From Malacoraja senta (taxonomy: Eukaryota): 64,000 nt of DNA. Shown here one piece after another: positions 50,291 through 63,447 of the stretch (position 1 is its first letter; the number at the start of each line of letters is the position of its first letter). Below the pieces are notes generated by a model. That model was not told the DNA's origin. It did not search any database and saw only the letters and a list, made by a program, of their open reading frames with translations. The position numbers and the translations under genes are program-made. The DNA lies in NCBI GenBank assembly GCA_038087875.1, contig CM075977.1, forward strand, positions 103,044,001-103,108,000. Direction: 5' to 3'.

Positions 50291-51646
50291 TGGAGATGAA
50301 AATGTCAAGAGAAGTTGGCCAGCAGGGAGTCCAGGAAAAGGAGGAGTGTTGGAGACGGGAAGAAGTTTTGTCACAGGGGGTGCAAGACCTCCTTGCCAGA
50401 GAAATAGGCATGGAGATGGAAAAGAAGGAAGAAGCGGTTCAGAAACATCAACGATGGGCTGCTCTGCTGTTCATTTTTGACAAATCACTTTATGCTTCAC
50501 TCTCACATACGATGGATTTCGACACCCATGCTGCAGGTGCATAGAAAGCAATTCAGAAACTTGCGTTCATAATTTCAGTCTCAGTGCAGTTTGGCAAAGA
50601 TTCATAAAGCATCCTGTCCTGCTGAGTCACTGTATTTTCACGTGGAAGCTAATAGGATTGTTGCCCAGGTGTTGGTTTTAGAAGAATGTTGTTATCATTA
50701 AATGAGTATGAGTATGTAAAGTCGGCGGGTGTTAACTTTAAACTTTCTAGGTGGCGTAAACATGGGAAACCCTTTTTGTTCATGAGTTGATCAAGTTCAA
50801 AATGACATAAACGCAATGTTGTAACTTTAGATTAAATGTTATGTATTTTGGGAAATACTTTAACAAGATGCTTGGGTGCAGGAATAAGGAGATGTTGAGA
50901 AGGCAGCATATACACACATTCCAGACTTCAAAAATGGCAGGTTGTCTCAAGAAAGATCTGTGATATTTGACTTAATCATTAAAGTAGAATAAGAGAAAGT
51001 AAGTTAGCTTGTCATAAACTACATGTTGGTTCTCAGCAGGAGGCTCGTTGTGTCCAATTCTGAGTAACACACTTTATAATAAGTGTTATAAGAACACACA
51101 AAGTGCTGAGAGTACCTTAGAAGACCAGTCAGCATTTCTGGAGAACATGGACAATTGACGTTTCTGGTCGAGACCTTTCTTCTTACATTGTGTTTTGATG
51201 GCTTGGATGCCAAACAGATTCATTCCAATTTTCNNNNNNNNNNNNNNNNNNNNNNNNNNNNNNNNNNNNNNNNNNNNNNNNNNNNNNNNNNNNNNNNNNN
51301 NNNNNNNNNNNNNNNNNNNNNNNNNNNNNNNNNNNNNNNNNNNNNNNNNNNNNNNNNNNNNNNNNNNNNNNNNNNNNNNNNNNNNNNNNNNNNNNNNNNN
51401 NNNNNNNNNNNNNNNNNNNNNTATATACTATAAGTTGATACCCTGAAACAGGCAAGCCCATGGGCAGTGGACACTTTTATCTGGTAAGGACGATATCGGA
51501 GCCTGGTTAAGGGAACGGCCAACACAGTCAACACAACATCGGTAATGTTAGAGATACTACCACATGTTAAGAAACGTAAATCAATTCATTCCTGCTAAGG
51601 TGCCATTAGCAGAACATGGAGCCGAGTCTCTGTTTTTGCGAGGAAT

Positions 51647-51681
51647 AGTCTGAAGAAGGGTTTCGGCCCGAAACGTTGCCT
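51647..51681 (+). ncRNA. Minimal hammerhead ribozyme motif (Penelope type)
   Basis: CUGAAGA-A-GGGU-UUCG-GCCC-GAAA-CGUU: stem II capped by UUCG and an AACGUU palindrome. Activity untested. Confidence 0.65.
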
Positions 51682-53199
51682 ATTTCCTTCGCTCCATAGA
51701 TGCTGCTGCACCCACGGAGTTTCTCCAACATTTTTGTGTACCTTAGGTTTCAGGACATAATGTGCAGCCAAAGTATATTAAGTTTATTTCCTGGAGAATC
51801 TGTTAAAACTCCTTTGCGTATCAACAAATACATAATCTACCAAGAACCAGTACAATTTCGTCGCCTGCTAAAATTATGTATTTAAATAGTTTTGCTAGAA
51901 ACTATCCCCCCTGGTAACTTTATGAAGATGAACTTTGTGTAATTTGATTAACACCTAAGAATGCGTTGAACACAAGAAACTAATTTTAATTAGAGCATCC
52001 ATTCCATCACTTTAAACAATTCAGATTTAACCGACTGAGAGAAGAATTACTGAGGGATATAATCGGTATTTTCTTACTTTTTATTTTAATTGATGACCCT
52101 TTAAACGAAGAGAACTTTGTGGTGACACAAGGAACTATAGACGCTGGAATCTTCCGTAGAACGCAAAATGCTGGAGTAACTCTGCGAGTCAGGCAGCATC
52201 TTTGGATAACATGAAGAGGCAATGTTTCAGGTCAGGACTTTTCTTTAGATTGATTGTAGCAAGGTGCAGAAAACTGGAAAAGAGTATTGTCCTGGAGTTT
52301 ACAATTACTTATTGGTACCGTCCTGAAGTTCGTTGGTGAAAATCCATGACATGCCTTGGAGTAGGCAAGACACACCGGTAGACATAACATTATTTACAGT
52401 AGGGCCAACGATCATAGGAAATCGATTTACGTTGAATGTAATTAGCAAAATCGTCATCCTTTGCATAGCTTTCAGCAATGTAGACAGCAGCACAACCAAG
52501 TGGGGGTACCAATCCCATATGTTTAAATGAATGCTAATGATGAGATGTAATTGAAAATGGAGAACAAGATAATCAGGATAATTGGCCAAATAAATTGAGG
52601 ATAAGTGACGTTTTCCAGATATAGTACTAACATTCAAAATTTTAATTTACTGTATGTAAAGCTCAGCAAATACATGTATTACATTGAGAATTCTTTGACA
52701 TAGTGGACGGATGATTTCCCATGCTGATCTATTGAACGCATGTTACTAATAGTCGGTGTGCACGTTGACTCTGCGTTTTCGCTGGTATTATGAGGAATGT
52801 ATTTTCAATGTCACCAGAAACACATGTTAACAGTAACCTCTGACATGCGCGCTACGATACGATACAATACTGCCGTATCGTAAAAACCTCTGAGATAGGT
52901 GTGAATTTCACGATACGATACAATAGTATCGTAAATCCCAGCATCTGCAATCTTTTGTGTCTCGAATTTCGAATGAGGATTGTACGTCGCAAGGCAGCAA
53001 AGGCGCAGAAATTTGAGCAGAGCTAGGAGAGAAGTGCATTTTTTATTTTAGAGGAAGAAAGGATATTCGGATAAAACGTTTTAAAAAGTTTAAAGTTTAA
53101 AAATAAACTACAATAGAGACAATATATTAATCAAGAAGCCAACTTTATAAATTTCTAACAGGCAGCTCTTCACTTGAATAGCGGTCAAAAGATGGAATG

Positions 53200-53390
53200 G
53201 ATTCAAGTTCAAGTTCAAGTTCACATTTATTGTCACATGCACCTATTGAAGTACAGTGATATTTGAGTTACCATACAGCCATACAATTAAAAGAACACAA
53301 TACACGATAGAACATAACATGAATATCCACCACATTGATCACTGTGATGAAAGGCAATACAGTTCAGTCAGTCTTCCTCCTTTTCGTGGG
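53200..53390 (-). mobile_element. 3' end of a third GC-rich composite-family element
   Basis: Minus strand has GGAGGAAGACTGACTGAA..GCCTT..CACAGTGA..GTATGGCTGTATGG..GTGACAATAAA(CTTGAA)n, as in elements A and B. Confidence 0.7.
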
Positions 53391-53499
53391 TGATAAATGG
53401 GAGACTTGGACAGTTTGAAAACACCTGGTCACGGGTAAAAAGAAAAACATGTTTTGTTCGTGGTGTGGATGTGTTTAAGGTTACCAAGATTTTAACAAA

Positions 53500-54040
53500 G
53501 AACATAGACGGGTACAGAACATCCTCTACATCCCTCCATCGCTTCACATCGATCGATGTGCCTATCCAAGAGTCTCTTAAATACCACTATCCTATCTGCC
53601 TCCACAACCACCGTATCCCGGCACCCCCTGCCCTCTGTGTAAAAAAAAAACCTGGCCTGCACATCTTTGCCTCTCTTGCCTTAAAGCTATGCCCTCTAGT
53701 ATTTGATGTTTCACAACCTTCCTGCACTCCAAATGCGGATTAACCAACGACCTACAACGCTTCCCCATGACTTCCTGCCTCTTATACTTCGGCTTCGACT
53801 AAATGAAGGCAAACATACCGTCCGGCTTCTGTGTGTTGCCACTTTCATCGGGATTTGGACTTGGATCTCAAGATCCCTCCATTCATCAAGGCCGTTGAGT
53901 GTCAGAGCGTCATGGAGTCTTACAGCGTGGAATCAGGCCATTCAGCCCAATCTGCCCACATCGCCCAACACGTCCCATCTACACTAGTCCCACCTGCCAG
54001 CGTTTGGCACGTATCCCTCTAAACCTGTCCTATCCATGCA
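53500..54040 (-). mobile_element. CR1 and SINE-tail fragments
   Basis: Diverged similarity to other copies in the window. Confidence 0.6.
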
Positions 54041-55700
54041 ACTTCTTATCATTAGTTCTATATTTTCCCTAGTATAATCACTAAACTGGAAGTTTTTGAG
54101 ATTGCTAGGACTAGGTGGAATTTTGACATTGCGGTTGATGAGGAACACAATCAATGCTCTCCTTTTCAATGGAATATCAGCGTGAAATGCACGTTTTCCC
54201 GCACGCTACATTGTGCTCAGCAGCGGCGCCTCGGGCCAAAGAGTGAACAATGGTTCGCCAATTAAAGAGCAGACGTGCGCGTAGCGTACTGGACAACAAT
54301 GCCAGCAGAATTCAACATAGATTGTCATTTCATTTTCTAATATTCACATTTTATGAAATACATCGGGGAGTCCATATAATCATAATTATACGTTATCTGA
54401 TGTCACATGTTGTCGGCTTCAGACTTTCAAATCATTCGATTTAGTGTGAGATAAAACAATAGGGTATTATTCTTTCTTAACTCGTGCGTTTGGACAGATT
54501 CATCGCTAAAAAAATCGATGTTGACACTTTATTCCCCAGAGCTGCGACCATCCAGCAATGGATATTTGTTATTTTCCTCCTGCATTTCCCTCTCATGGCT
54601 CTGAGTCCGAGCAATATATGTACCACGAAGTGGCGAACCTATATATATATATATATATATTGGCGCCAGTTGCGGAAGAATGCTTATTCTGTGTCTGCTT
54701 CTGGGATAGAGAAGTGTGTGCTTGCGAAAGAGTGACGAGGGAAAAGGAATAAGGGGTTCTCTTTGAGCAGAAATGAATAACTTCATTCGATGGTCGAGGA
54801 AAACCCCGCCCCCTGTGATACAACAAAACAGTTGGCCTGAAGGACAGATACGTGGATTTATGATAGAGAGCGAGGTGTGTGGATGTCACGGACAGGGGAG
54901 GGGCAGAGACATTGGACACCTTGTAAAGGAAGTCGAGAGTTGACGCGCTGCTGAAGAACGAAACGCAAAGGCAGCACTGGGCGATTTAGCGGGTAGTGTA
55001 CATCACAGAACGCGCGTCACAACAGTCGTGTTTCACCATCATTGATTACACAACTGATTTGTTTGGATATCAACATTATCAGTTAGTTCCATGTAAACTT
55101 TTCCACTGATGCAGCACGTTAACAAGTTAATGGGAATGGGATCAAGTTGAAGAAAAAAAATCATATCATATCGCAGAATCGTTTCTCTAAATCACACGTG
55201 GGCCAAAGTTTCCGAAGCAATGCAGATTCCGGGATCTAAACGTGTCTCCGCAATCACTGTCAAGTTAAACAAGAGGGGGAGGGGAGGGGGCGCTGTCCAA
55301 TGTAACAGATATTATTGCTCTTTAGTAAATCAGCGTGAACAAGGTGTATCGGGAAATGTTCAAAATGACCAAATCATGTGCCCATCATACCATCCAGTGA
55401 AGCTGTGGGTTAATACGCACGGACACAAACGCCTGTTGAAAGTAAGATAATCGGAGATAATGCAGAGATCTTTTTGTTCCAATAATGACTACACATTAAG
55501 CAGAGGGCTGGGCAGACACTTGTAAAGCTAGACGGCAGCCAGGAGTTATAATGAAGGAGGCCATTTAAAGATCCAACACACAGACCGGATGGGTCAAATG
55601 ATCCATCGTTCCCAGATTAAACCATGCTCCACTGCTGACTGGCTGTCACTCTTCCGTTTCTACAGAATAACGTTAGGCAAACCTACTCCCATTAAATATT

Positions 55701-55925
55701 AGATACAGGGAACTGCAGATGCTGATTTACAATAAAAAAAAGGCACAGAGTGCTGGAGTAACTCAGCGGCCTGGCAGCATTCCTGGATAACACGGATAGG
55801 TGGCATTTCGGGTCGGGAAATTTGGGACTCTTCCTCAGATTCTGAAGAAATGTCCCGACTCGAAACGTCACCTATGCATATTCTCCAGAGATAGTGCCTG
55901 ACCCGTTGAGTTACTCCAGTACGTT
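55701..55925. mobile_element. Penelope pLTR fold-back
   Basis: Inverted arms meeting at two opposed, degenerate hammerhead cores (~55800-55875). Confidence 0.75.
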
Positions 55926-56399
55926 GTCCCCCCCCCCCCCCCCATGCTACCTCCTCAAAGAAAAAAACATTAAAGAGCAAAATGGGAATAAACATTGAAT
56001 GTGAAAAGCCCAGACGCCCCTTCCCCGGACAGCGTGCGTGTGTGTGCATGCTTTAAGGATATTGGAACAGGGAATTGTGAATCGTGTCCGGGCGATTGCT
56101 CAGCAGGAGGATTGCTATCAGGTCATCTCTTCACAGCCTGTAGGTGGCACAAGTGTTCTTCCGCTGAGCTCCTTTAACCCATTCCCACAATTGAGTCGCA
56201 GCTCATCAGAGGGTGTTTTTTTTTTAATTTCCGAGCGGCAAGACCTACACTGGATAGGCATCGCGATGGTGTTTTTTTTGCCAACTGCAAGAAAGCGATT
56301 AGGCAACAACTGAAACCAATACTCATAATCATTGCAAGACTACTCTCAGATGTATGTTGCTTCTTCCCCTGCTAAATAAACTTGATAAAAGAGTGTTGT

Positions 56400-56787
56400 T
56401 GACTGTTGGCAGGCGTACTAACAAATTGATGGTGCTATTAACTGAAGGTGTTATAATTCATACATAATAGTGTGATGGACACAGCATTCCCCCCTTCTCC
56501 CTTCTCCTCGTTATGGACAGAAGCAGAATTAAAGTGCACCGCCCCCACCCCCTTTAATCTGTAGCATCTCATTCCCCGCAATGGTTAAACTGTATCTGTG
56601 TGTTAGTTGAAGCTGCTGGCACGATGCGAGGGCAAAATCGACCCGCAGAGTGTCTGAATTTAAACATCTTTCTGCTTTTCACGTTGCCGCTTGGAAATTA
56701 AATGTTTAATTACACCCCATTATTTTCCCCTGGTCCAGCCCTTTTGGATTCTCTTGGCTCGTCACCAACGGGATTTTTTTTCACAAT

Positions 56788-56862
<75 letters not shown>

Positions 56863-57222
56863 GTGCACTTTAGGATTTAGACAGACAAGCAACTGGAAGG
56901 AGCCTGGAGTTTGTGCCCCCGTAGGTTGAGATGGTTGAGTCCTCGTTCAAGGTTGCTGTGGTATCCCAGAACACATTCATTCGCAGTAGTGTTGGAGCGC
57001 CGCGGACCAACAAGCAAAACTGATCGGCGACAAACACACCACCACCATCACCACCACACTACAGCACACACACTCACCACACACACACACACGCAAAATT
57101 GCAATCGATATGAAATCGAACTGCAAAATACAGGAGATTTCGACTCAAGATTCGCTGACAACCATTTTTCGACAGGATGCTCTAAATGCTGCAGACACGG
57201 GCTCTCTTTCCTCGGGAAGGCA
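56400..57222 (+). promoter_or_regulatory. Putative promoter and 5' UTR of a host gene
   Basis: TE-free, CpG-retaining DNA with a GC/CACCC box (CCGCCCCCACCCC, ~56540) and (CT)n and (CA)n tracts, directly upstream of the signal-peptide exon. Confidence 0.45.
56792..56862. repeat. (CT)n microsatellite in the putative promoter/5' UTR
   Basis: Visible directly. Confidence 0.95.
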
Positions 57223-57289
57223 ATGGGAACGCAAAGTGGAGTTATATTTTCATATCTTGTCTTTTTATTGACGATCACATGTGTGGAAG
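57223..57289 (+). CDS. Probable first coding exon (signal peptide MGTQSGVIFSYLVFLLTITCVE-G, phase-1 intron) of an unidentified secreted or membrane protein
   Basis: Kozak GCAATGG, hydrophobic core, small residues at the likely cleavage site, strong donor AAG|GTAGGT after 67 nt. Next exon not identified. Confidence 0.65.
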
Positions 57290-58689
57290 GTAGGTTTTCT
57301 CTTTCACTTCTCTACCCCCCCCCCTCCCTTCCCATCCTATATCCCAAATACCGTTATCCCTCAGAACCACCTGCGCTGAGTAAGAGGGAAAAATATTTAA
57401 TCGGGAGATGTGTATGATTTTTTTTTTCGAGATGCTAAGAAACTGGTAGAATGCATTCGACTTGCTTGGGCTGGCGTTCAATGCAGTAATCGGCTTAGGC
57501 TCAATAAATATTCTTGCAGAATGCTCAGTCGGATACGTGAGTTGCCTCATATATCCCTTAACTATTTGAATTTCGTGCAGTCTCTTATTAGAACCCAGCT
57601 AACATAGATTTAAGGGGAGGGAGGGAATAAGGGGATATCCTGGGTTAAAATGCTTAATGACGGTTTACTGTGATGATGCTTCATNNNNNNNNNNNNNNNN
57701 NNNNNNNNNNNNNNNNNNNNNNNNNNNNNNNNNNNNNNNNNNNNNNNNNNNNNNNNNNNNNNNNNNNNNNNNNNNNNNNNNNNNNNNNNNNNNNNNNNNN
57801 NNNNNNNNNNNNNNNNNNNNNNNNNNNNNNNNNNNNNNNNNNNNNNNNNNNNNNNNNNNNNNNNNNNNNNNNNNNNNNNNNNNNATTTTGCCTTGGGTAC
57901 AATCCGAACTGCAGCAGACTGAATAGGACCCACGGGTCTGTGCCTGGTTGACTTTAAGTTGTATTTTCTTGGTGGTTTTAAACACGCTTCTTGTTCTCCC
58001 ACTTGTGTTCTCCCACTCTACATTTTTTGCACACGCCTCAAGTTTGACTTTGCCAAGGAGCGCCACGTTATAGGACACACGAGGTTTGCTTGGAGGTGCA
58101 AATGTAACTCGGCCCGTCCCTTATAATTATGTGAGAATGGAAGCCATTCCACCTCATGTACCGGTCTTCAGAACCAGCATACTCACCCCCAACCCAGCCA
58201 CCCCCACCCAACACAACACTTATAGCTGTAGAATGGAAGCAAGGTTCAACTTTTGCTGTACCATAAAGTTTCCCCCGAAGACAGCTTCGAATAGGAAAGG
58301 CTAGAATTAAAGGTGAACACAGTAATTATTTATACAGCCATTTAACGCTGGTGACGGATTAGTTTAAACCGATGCCTTTGAGATCGCTATTCTCATCAAT
58401 GTGTTGTTGCGTGGAAGCGCTTATAATCTTGCCATCTCACTCTGGAGAGAGTAATCAAATTGCTGTTTTACAACCAATGCAACTAATTTCCTGACAAATT
58501 ATGATCACGGGGTTGACTATTAACTATTTCAGCATTGTTCTTAGTTCCCAGCCGTCTCACATATCCCCACGTACTCAAATCCCCAGTGCAAATACACACA
58601 GACCCTGACTGTTTATCACACAGATTTTCAGCACATACCGATAAACACAAAGCGTGCACATGTACATACGTCACAGCCCACGCAGCCAG

Positions 58690-60815
58690 AAACAAAACCC
58701 CACACACACACTCAACCCCCCCCCACACACCCACCCCCCCACACACACACCCCACACCCCCCCCCCACACACACACACACCCAACCCCACACACACACCA
58801 ACCCCCCCCACACACACACCCACCCCCCCCCCCCCCACACACACACACCCAACACCCCCCCCACACCACACCCACCCCCCCACACACACCCAACCCTCCA
58901 CATACACACCCAACCCCCCCCACACACACCCACCCCCCCCACACACCCACCCCCCCACACACACACCCAACCCCCCCCCCACACACACACCCAACCCCCC
59001 CCACACACCCCACCCTCCCACACACACCCAACCCCCCCACACACACCCAACCCCCCCCCCACACCCACCCCCCCCCGCACCACACACACCCACCCCCCCA
59101 CACACACCCAACCCCTCCACATACACACCCAACCCCCCCCCCACACACACCCACCCCCCCCACCACCCACCCCCCCACACACACACCCAACCCCCCCCCA
59201 CACACACACCCAACCCCCCCCACACACACCCACCCTCCCACACACACCCAACCCCCCCACACACACCCAACCCCCCCCCCACACCCCCCCCCCCGCACCA
59301 CACACACCCAACCCCCCCCACACACACCCAACCCTCCACATACACACCCAACCCCCCCCCCACACACCCCCCCCCCACACACACACCCAACCCCCCCACA
59401 CACCCCCCCCCCACNNNNNNNNNNNNNNNNNNNNNNNNNNNNNNNNNNNNNNNNNNNNNNNNNNNNNNNNNNNNNNNNNNNNNNNNNNNNNNNNNNNNNN
59501 NNNNNNNNNNNNNNNNNNNNNNNNNNNNNNNNNNNNNNNNNNNNNNNNNNNNNNNNCACACACACACCCAACCCCACACACACACCCAACCCCCCACACA
59601 CACACCCAACACCCCCCCACACACACACACACACCCCCACACACACACACCCAACCCCACACACACACCCAACCCCCCCCCCACACACACACCCCACCCC
59701 CCCCCACACACACACACACACCCAACACCCCCCCCACACACACACCCACCCCCCCACACACACCCAACCCTCCACATACACACCCAACCCCCCCCCACAC
59801 ACACCCAACCCCCCCCACACACACACCCAACCCTCCACACACACACCCAACCCTCCACACACACCCCAACCCCCCCCCCCACACACACACACCCAACCCC
59901 CCCAACCCCCCCAACCCCCCCACACACACACACCCAACACCCTCCCACACACACACAACCCTCCACACACACACCCAACCCCCCCCACACACACACACAC
60001 CTAACCCCACACACACACTCAACCCCACACANNNNNNNNNNNNNNNNNNNNNNNNNNNNNNNNNNNNNNNNNNNNNNNNNNNNNNNNNNNNNNNNNNNNN
60101 NNNNNNNNNNNNNNNNNNNNNNNNNNNNNNNNNNNNNNNNNNNNNNNNNNNNNNNNNNNNNNNNNNNNNNNNNNNCACACTCAACGCCCCCCCCCACACA
60201 CACACCCAACCCCCACACACACTCAACCACACACACACACACACCCACACACACAACCCCCCCACACACACACCCAAACCCACACACACACACCCAACCC
60301 CCCCCACACACCCCCCCCCCCACACACACCCAACCCTCCACACACACACCCAACCCCCCCCCCACACACACACCCAACCCCCCCACACACACCCAACCCT
60401 CCACACACTCACCCAACCCCCCCACACACACACACCCAACCCCCCCACACACACCCAACCCTCCACACACTCACCCAACCCTCCCACACACACACACACC
60501 CAACCCCCCAACCCCCCCACACACACACACCCAACCCTCCACACACACACTCAACCCCACACATACACCCAACCCCCCCACACACACACACACCCCCCCC
60601 CACACACACGCCAACCTCCCCCCCCACACACACACACACCCAACCCCACACACACACTCAACGCCCCCCCCCCACACACACACCCACCCCACACACACTC
60701 AACCACACACACACACAAAACCCCCCCACACACATACCCAACCCCACATGCACACACACATATAACCCCCCACACACACAGTCAACCCCACATACACACA
60801 CCCAACTCCACACAC
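58690..60815. repeat. C/A-rich degenerate satellite (CACACACCCAACCCCCC-type units) containing two assembly gaps
   Basis: Visible directly. N runs at 59415-59556 and 60032-60175. Confidence 0.95.
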
Positions 60816-63009
60816 AAGAGCACACGCAGACAGACTCTCATAACAACCATGCAAACATAAGAACAAGGCTCCAGGCACCAGGCTGCCTAATTATGAGGAG
60901 ACACACACCTAGACGATCTCAAGTAAAATCACGAAACGGGGGAAGGACATCAGGGTTTAAACTTAAAACAATGTATGAATGGATATCTATAGGCTTGAAC
61001 AGGTAGCACTGGAGATAAGTCTACGGCACACTGATTGAACCGGTGATGCGCTCTGCCAGTGAAGGCAGCGACGGATGTTGCTGACACTGTTTATGCTGCC
61101 TTTGAGAGAACATCGATTCGGATTTCAGGTACAATCTGATTTAGCGACAAGTGCTTGTTTCAGACATTCGTGCCGCTTGAATTGGGGGATAAACGCACTC
61201 CACATTCTGAGTCGTGGTGTTATCGCCTTGACCGGTCCCAGGTGTATTAAAGATGTCCTGGCTCTAGCATACCAATGGCACACACTCATATATTGGCCCC
61301 TGCAGCGAAGCCACCAGCTCTTCTAACATTCCGAAACTGCCCACTGAAAATGGATTACAATTTTAAGGAAAGAGAACAAGAATACCAGGCGCCGACTAAC
61401 AAAGTTTTTGCATCAACCCTCGCCTGGCTTTCAATTAATTGCCTTCAATGAGAGATTTCAATGGTTTTGCCTGTCCAGGGAAAGACGCACTGGAGGAATG
61501 TAAAACAGGATCGAACTTCACTTCACAGTGCACGGGGTCTGACTGATTGTTTGACAATCTGGGGAGCGGCATGTGCAAGAACGCCTCCCTCACATACCCT
61601 GTCCCCGACTGGAAGGGGAGAGGGAGCATCTGCTTCAAGACTGGTCCAAATGAGAGAGACCGGCAAAGGGAGCAGATCCAGCGAGCGAAAGCCAAGTTCC
61701 ACCGATCCACTCGGCACCTGGGAAGCTCACACCGCTCAACGTGACTGGGTTCAAATCACCTGGCCGTCCGCACTCGAAGCTACCGCAGTCATTAGCAATT
61801 TTCACTAATAGCACTGGGATGTGTCTTCTTCAATCAACACCAACGCCGTGGTTTCCAAAAACGGAAATATAATTTTGGCTGCAAGCTGCAATTTCTTTCA
61901 CAAGCTCGGGTTTGCTTCGCATCTGCTGGGGTTTCCGCTCAAGCAGCAGATCACTTGGTGGAAGGAGGAAGGATGGATACATCAAAGAATGGCAAACTGG
62001 CGGGAGCTTCGCTGCTACCGAGCCAATGGGCTTTTGACGCATTTTGTAACCGAGACGGTTGTGACCCCGGACAGCTTGCATCTCCTTCACCAGGAGGCGT
62101 CTGGACTCGGGCATATTACAATTTCTGCTCCAAATATCCGCGTTGTTCGTCGATCTGGCGGGAGATTTATACACAGTCGACTGTTAATCATTTTACAAAC
62201 GTACCGCAGCGAGAGGGGGCCTGAAGAATCGACTTCAATTGGTGGTGCGCTTGCAAGTCTCGGGAGTCGTTCGGCAATGCTGCTCAACGATATAGCCCAC
62301 AGCCGTGAAAAATACCAATGGATAAACCTTCCGTATCCCTGCCTATCGCAGATAGCAGTCGCTGCATGCTTAGTTACATAAGCCGGCAGATATTAACCGA
62401 TAGTGCATTGCATCTCGAGATTGGCCACTGATTTCCAACAATTAAAAGTGCACAGCCAGATATCCAACTTTTCATTAAAAATTATTTCCCAAAAGTATTG
62501 TTGCTATTTGCTTCCATTAACTCCTCCCCTGCCGTCTTCGAGTAGTATTTCACTGCACACTGCAAATTCGTAGCCAAATGCTTTGAGAATGTACAATTAA
62601 CATTTACTGAAAAATATTTCCAATTTTTAAACGAGAGCTAGCACAAAACATTTTATAAAATTAATTTTTTCTAGCGTTAGGTTTCGAAAAAAATATATAT
62701 CTAAACATTGCTAGTTTTCCATTTAGGACAATTAATTGTTTAGAAATTAAAATTAAAGATAATTTTACAGTTACGAAACACATTACAAAATGCCCCCAGG
62801 CTCTTTGTAATAATTAAATAACCAATCGACCTTTTAAATGCGTTGATGTGGTCAAAGTATGTTTCTGTCTTCTACAGCTTGGTGGACAGGCCAGTTTGTC
62901 AATGAAACCAACTAAATTAATCCCATTTATGAAAGGTTACCTTTTAAGAGTAATTGGAAGTATTGGTAGTATTGGAAGGAACTGCAGATGCTGATTTACA
63001 CCTAAGATG

Positions 63010-63447
63010 CATCTCAATATCTACCATCAGATACCCACTGAGAATCGAATATGTTTAAATAAGGTCACTCGTCATTCTTCTAATACTCAATGGAGTATAA
63101 AGTCAAACTGTCTAGCCTCTCCTGACAAGGCAACATTCTCATCCCAGGAATTATCCTTCAGTCTGAAAAACTCACCCGTTCCTTCTCTCCAGCGATGCTA
63201 CCTGAAAAAGTCACCCGTTCCTTCTCTCCAACGATGCTACCTGTCCCGCTGAGTTACTCCAGCTTTTTGTGTCTACCTTCAGTGGTATTGGAAGTCATCC
63301 ATAGAAAATTCACCAGGATAATTCTTGGGATGAGAATGTTGCCTTGTCAGGAGAGGCTTTATACTCCATAGAGTATTAGAAGAATGACGACTGACCCTAT
63401 TTAAACATCTACGATTGTCAGTGGGCTTGTTAGGGTAGATATTGTGA
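63010..63447. repeat. ~145-bp inverted duplication of a CR1 fragment around a Penelope pLTR piece
   Basis: 63010-63158 matches the reverse complement of 63314-63447. The spacer holds pLTR sequence with a 39-bp tandem duplication. Confidence 0.8.

Larger units (their letters stand above)
48370..50540 (-). mobile_element. Degenerate Penelope element (RT + GIY-YIG) with nested insertions
   Basis: LKPAEKGGDLVVWRIELYLAEARHQL, HMGPSYACLSIGYVE and CGLFCIGQTKRRLGYRFA. Confidence 0.85.

Noticed and set aside
55289-55310. REST/NRSE site
   Set aside because: Only the GGCGCTGTCC half-site matches.
58483-60775. Long Pro/His/Thr-rich and Gly/Val/Cys-rich ORFs (489-703 aa)
   Set aside because: Artefacts of a stop-free C/A satellite plus N gaps; several frames on both strands are open.
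61465-61545. Candidate exon-2 acceptors (TGTCCAG near 61478; also TTCTACAG near 62877)
   Set aside because: In phase with exon 1, both reach a stop within about 12-22 codons with no good donor.
61821-62381. 186-aa ORF as a gene or exon 2
   Set aside because: Non-ATG start, no recognisable motifs and no convincing splice sites.
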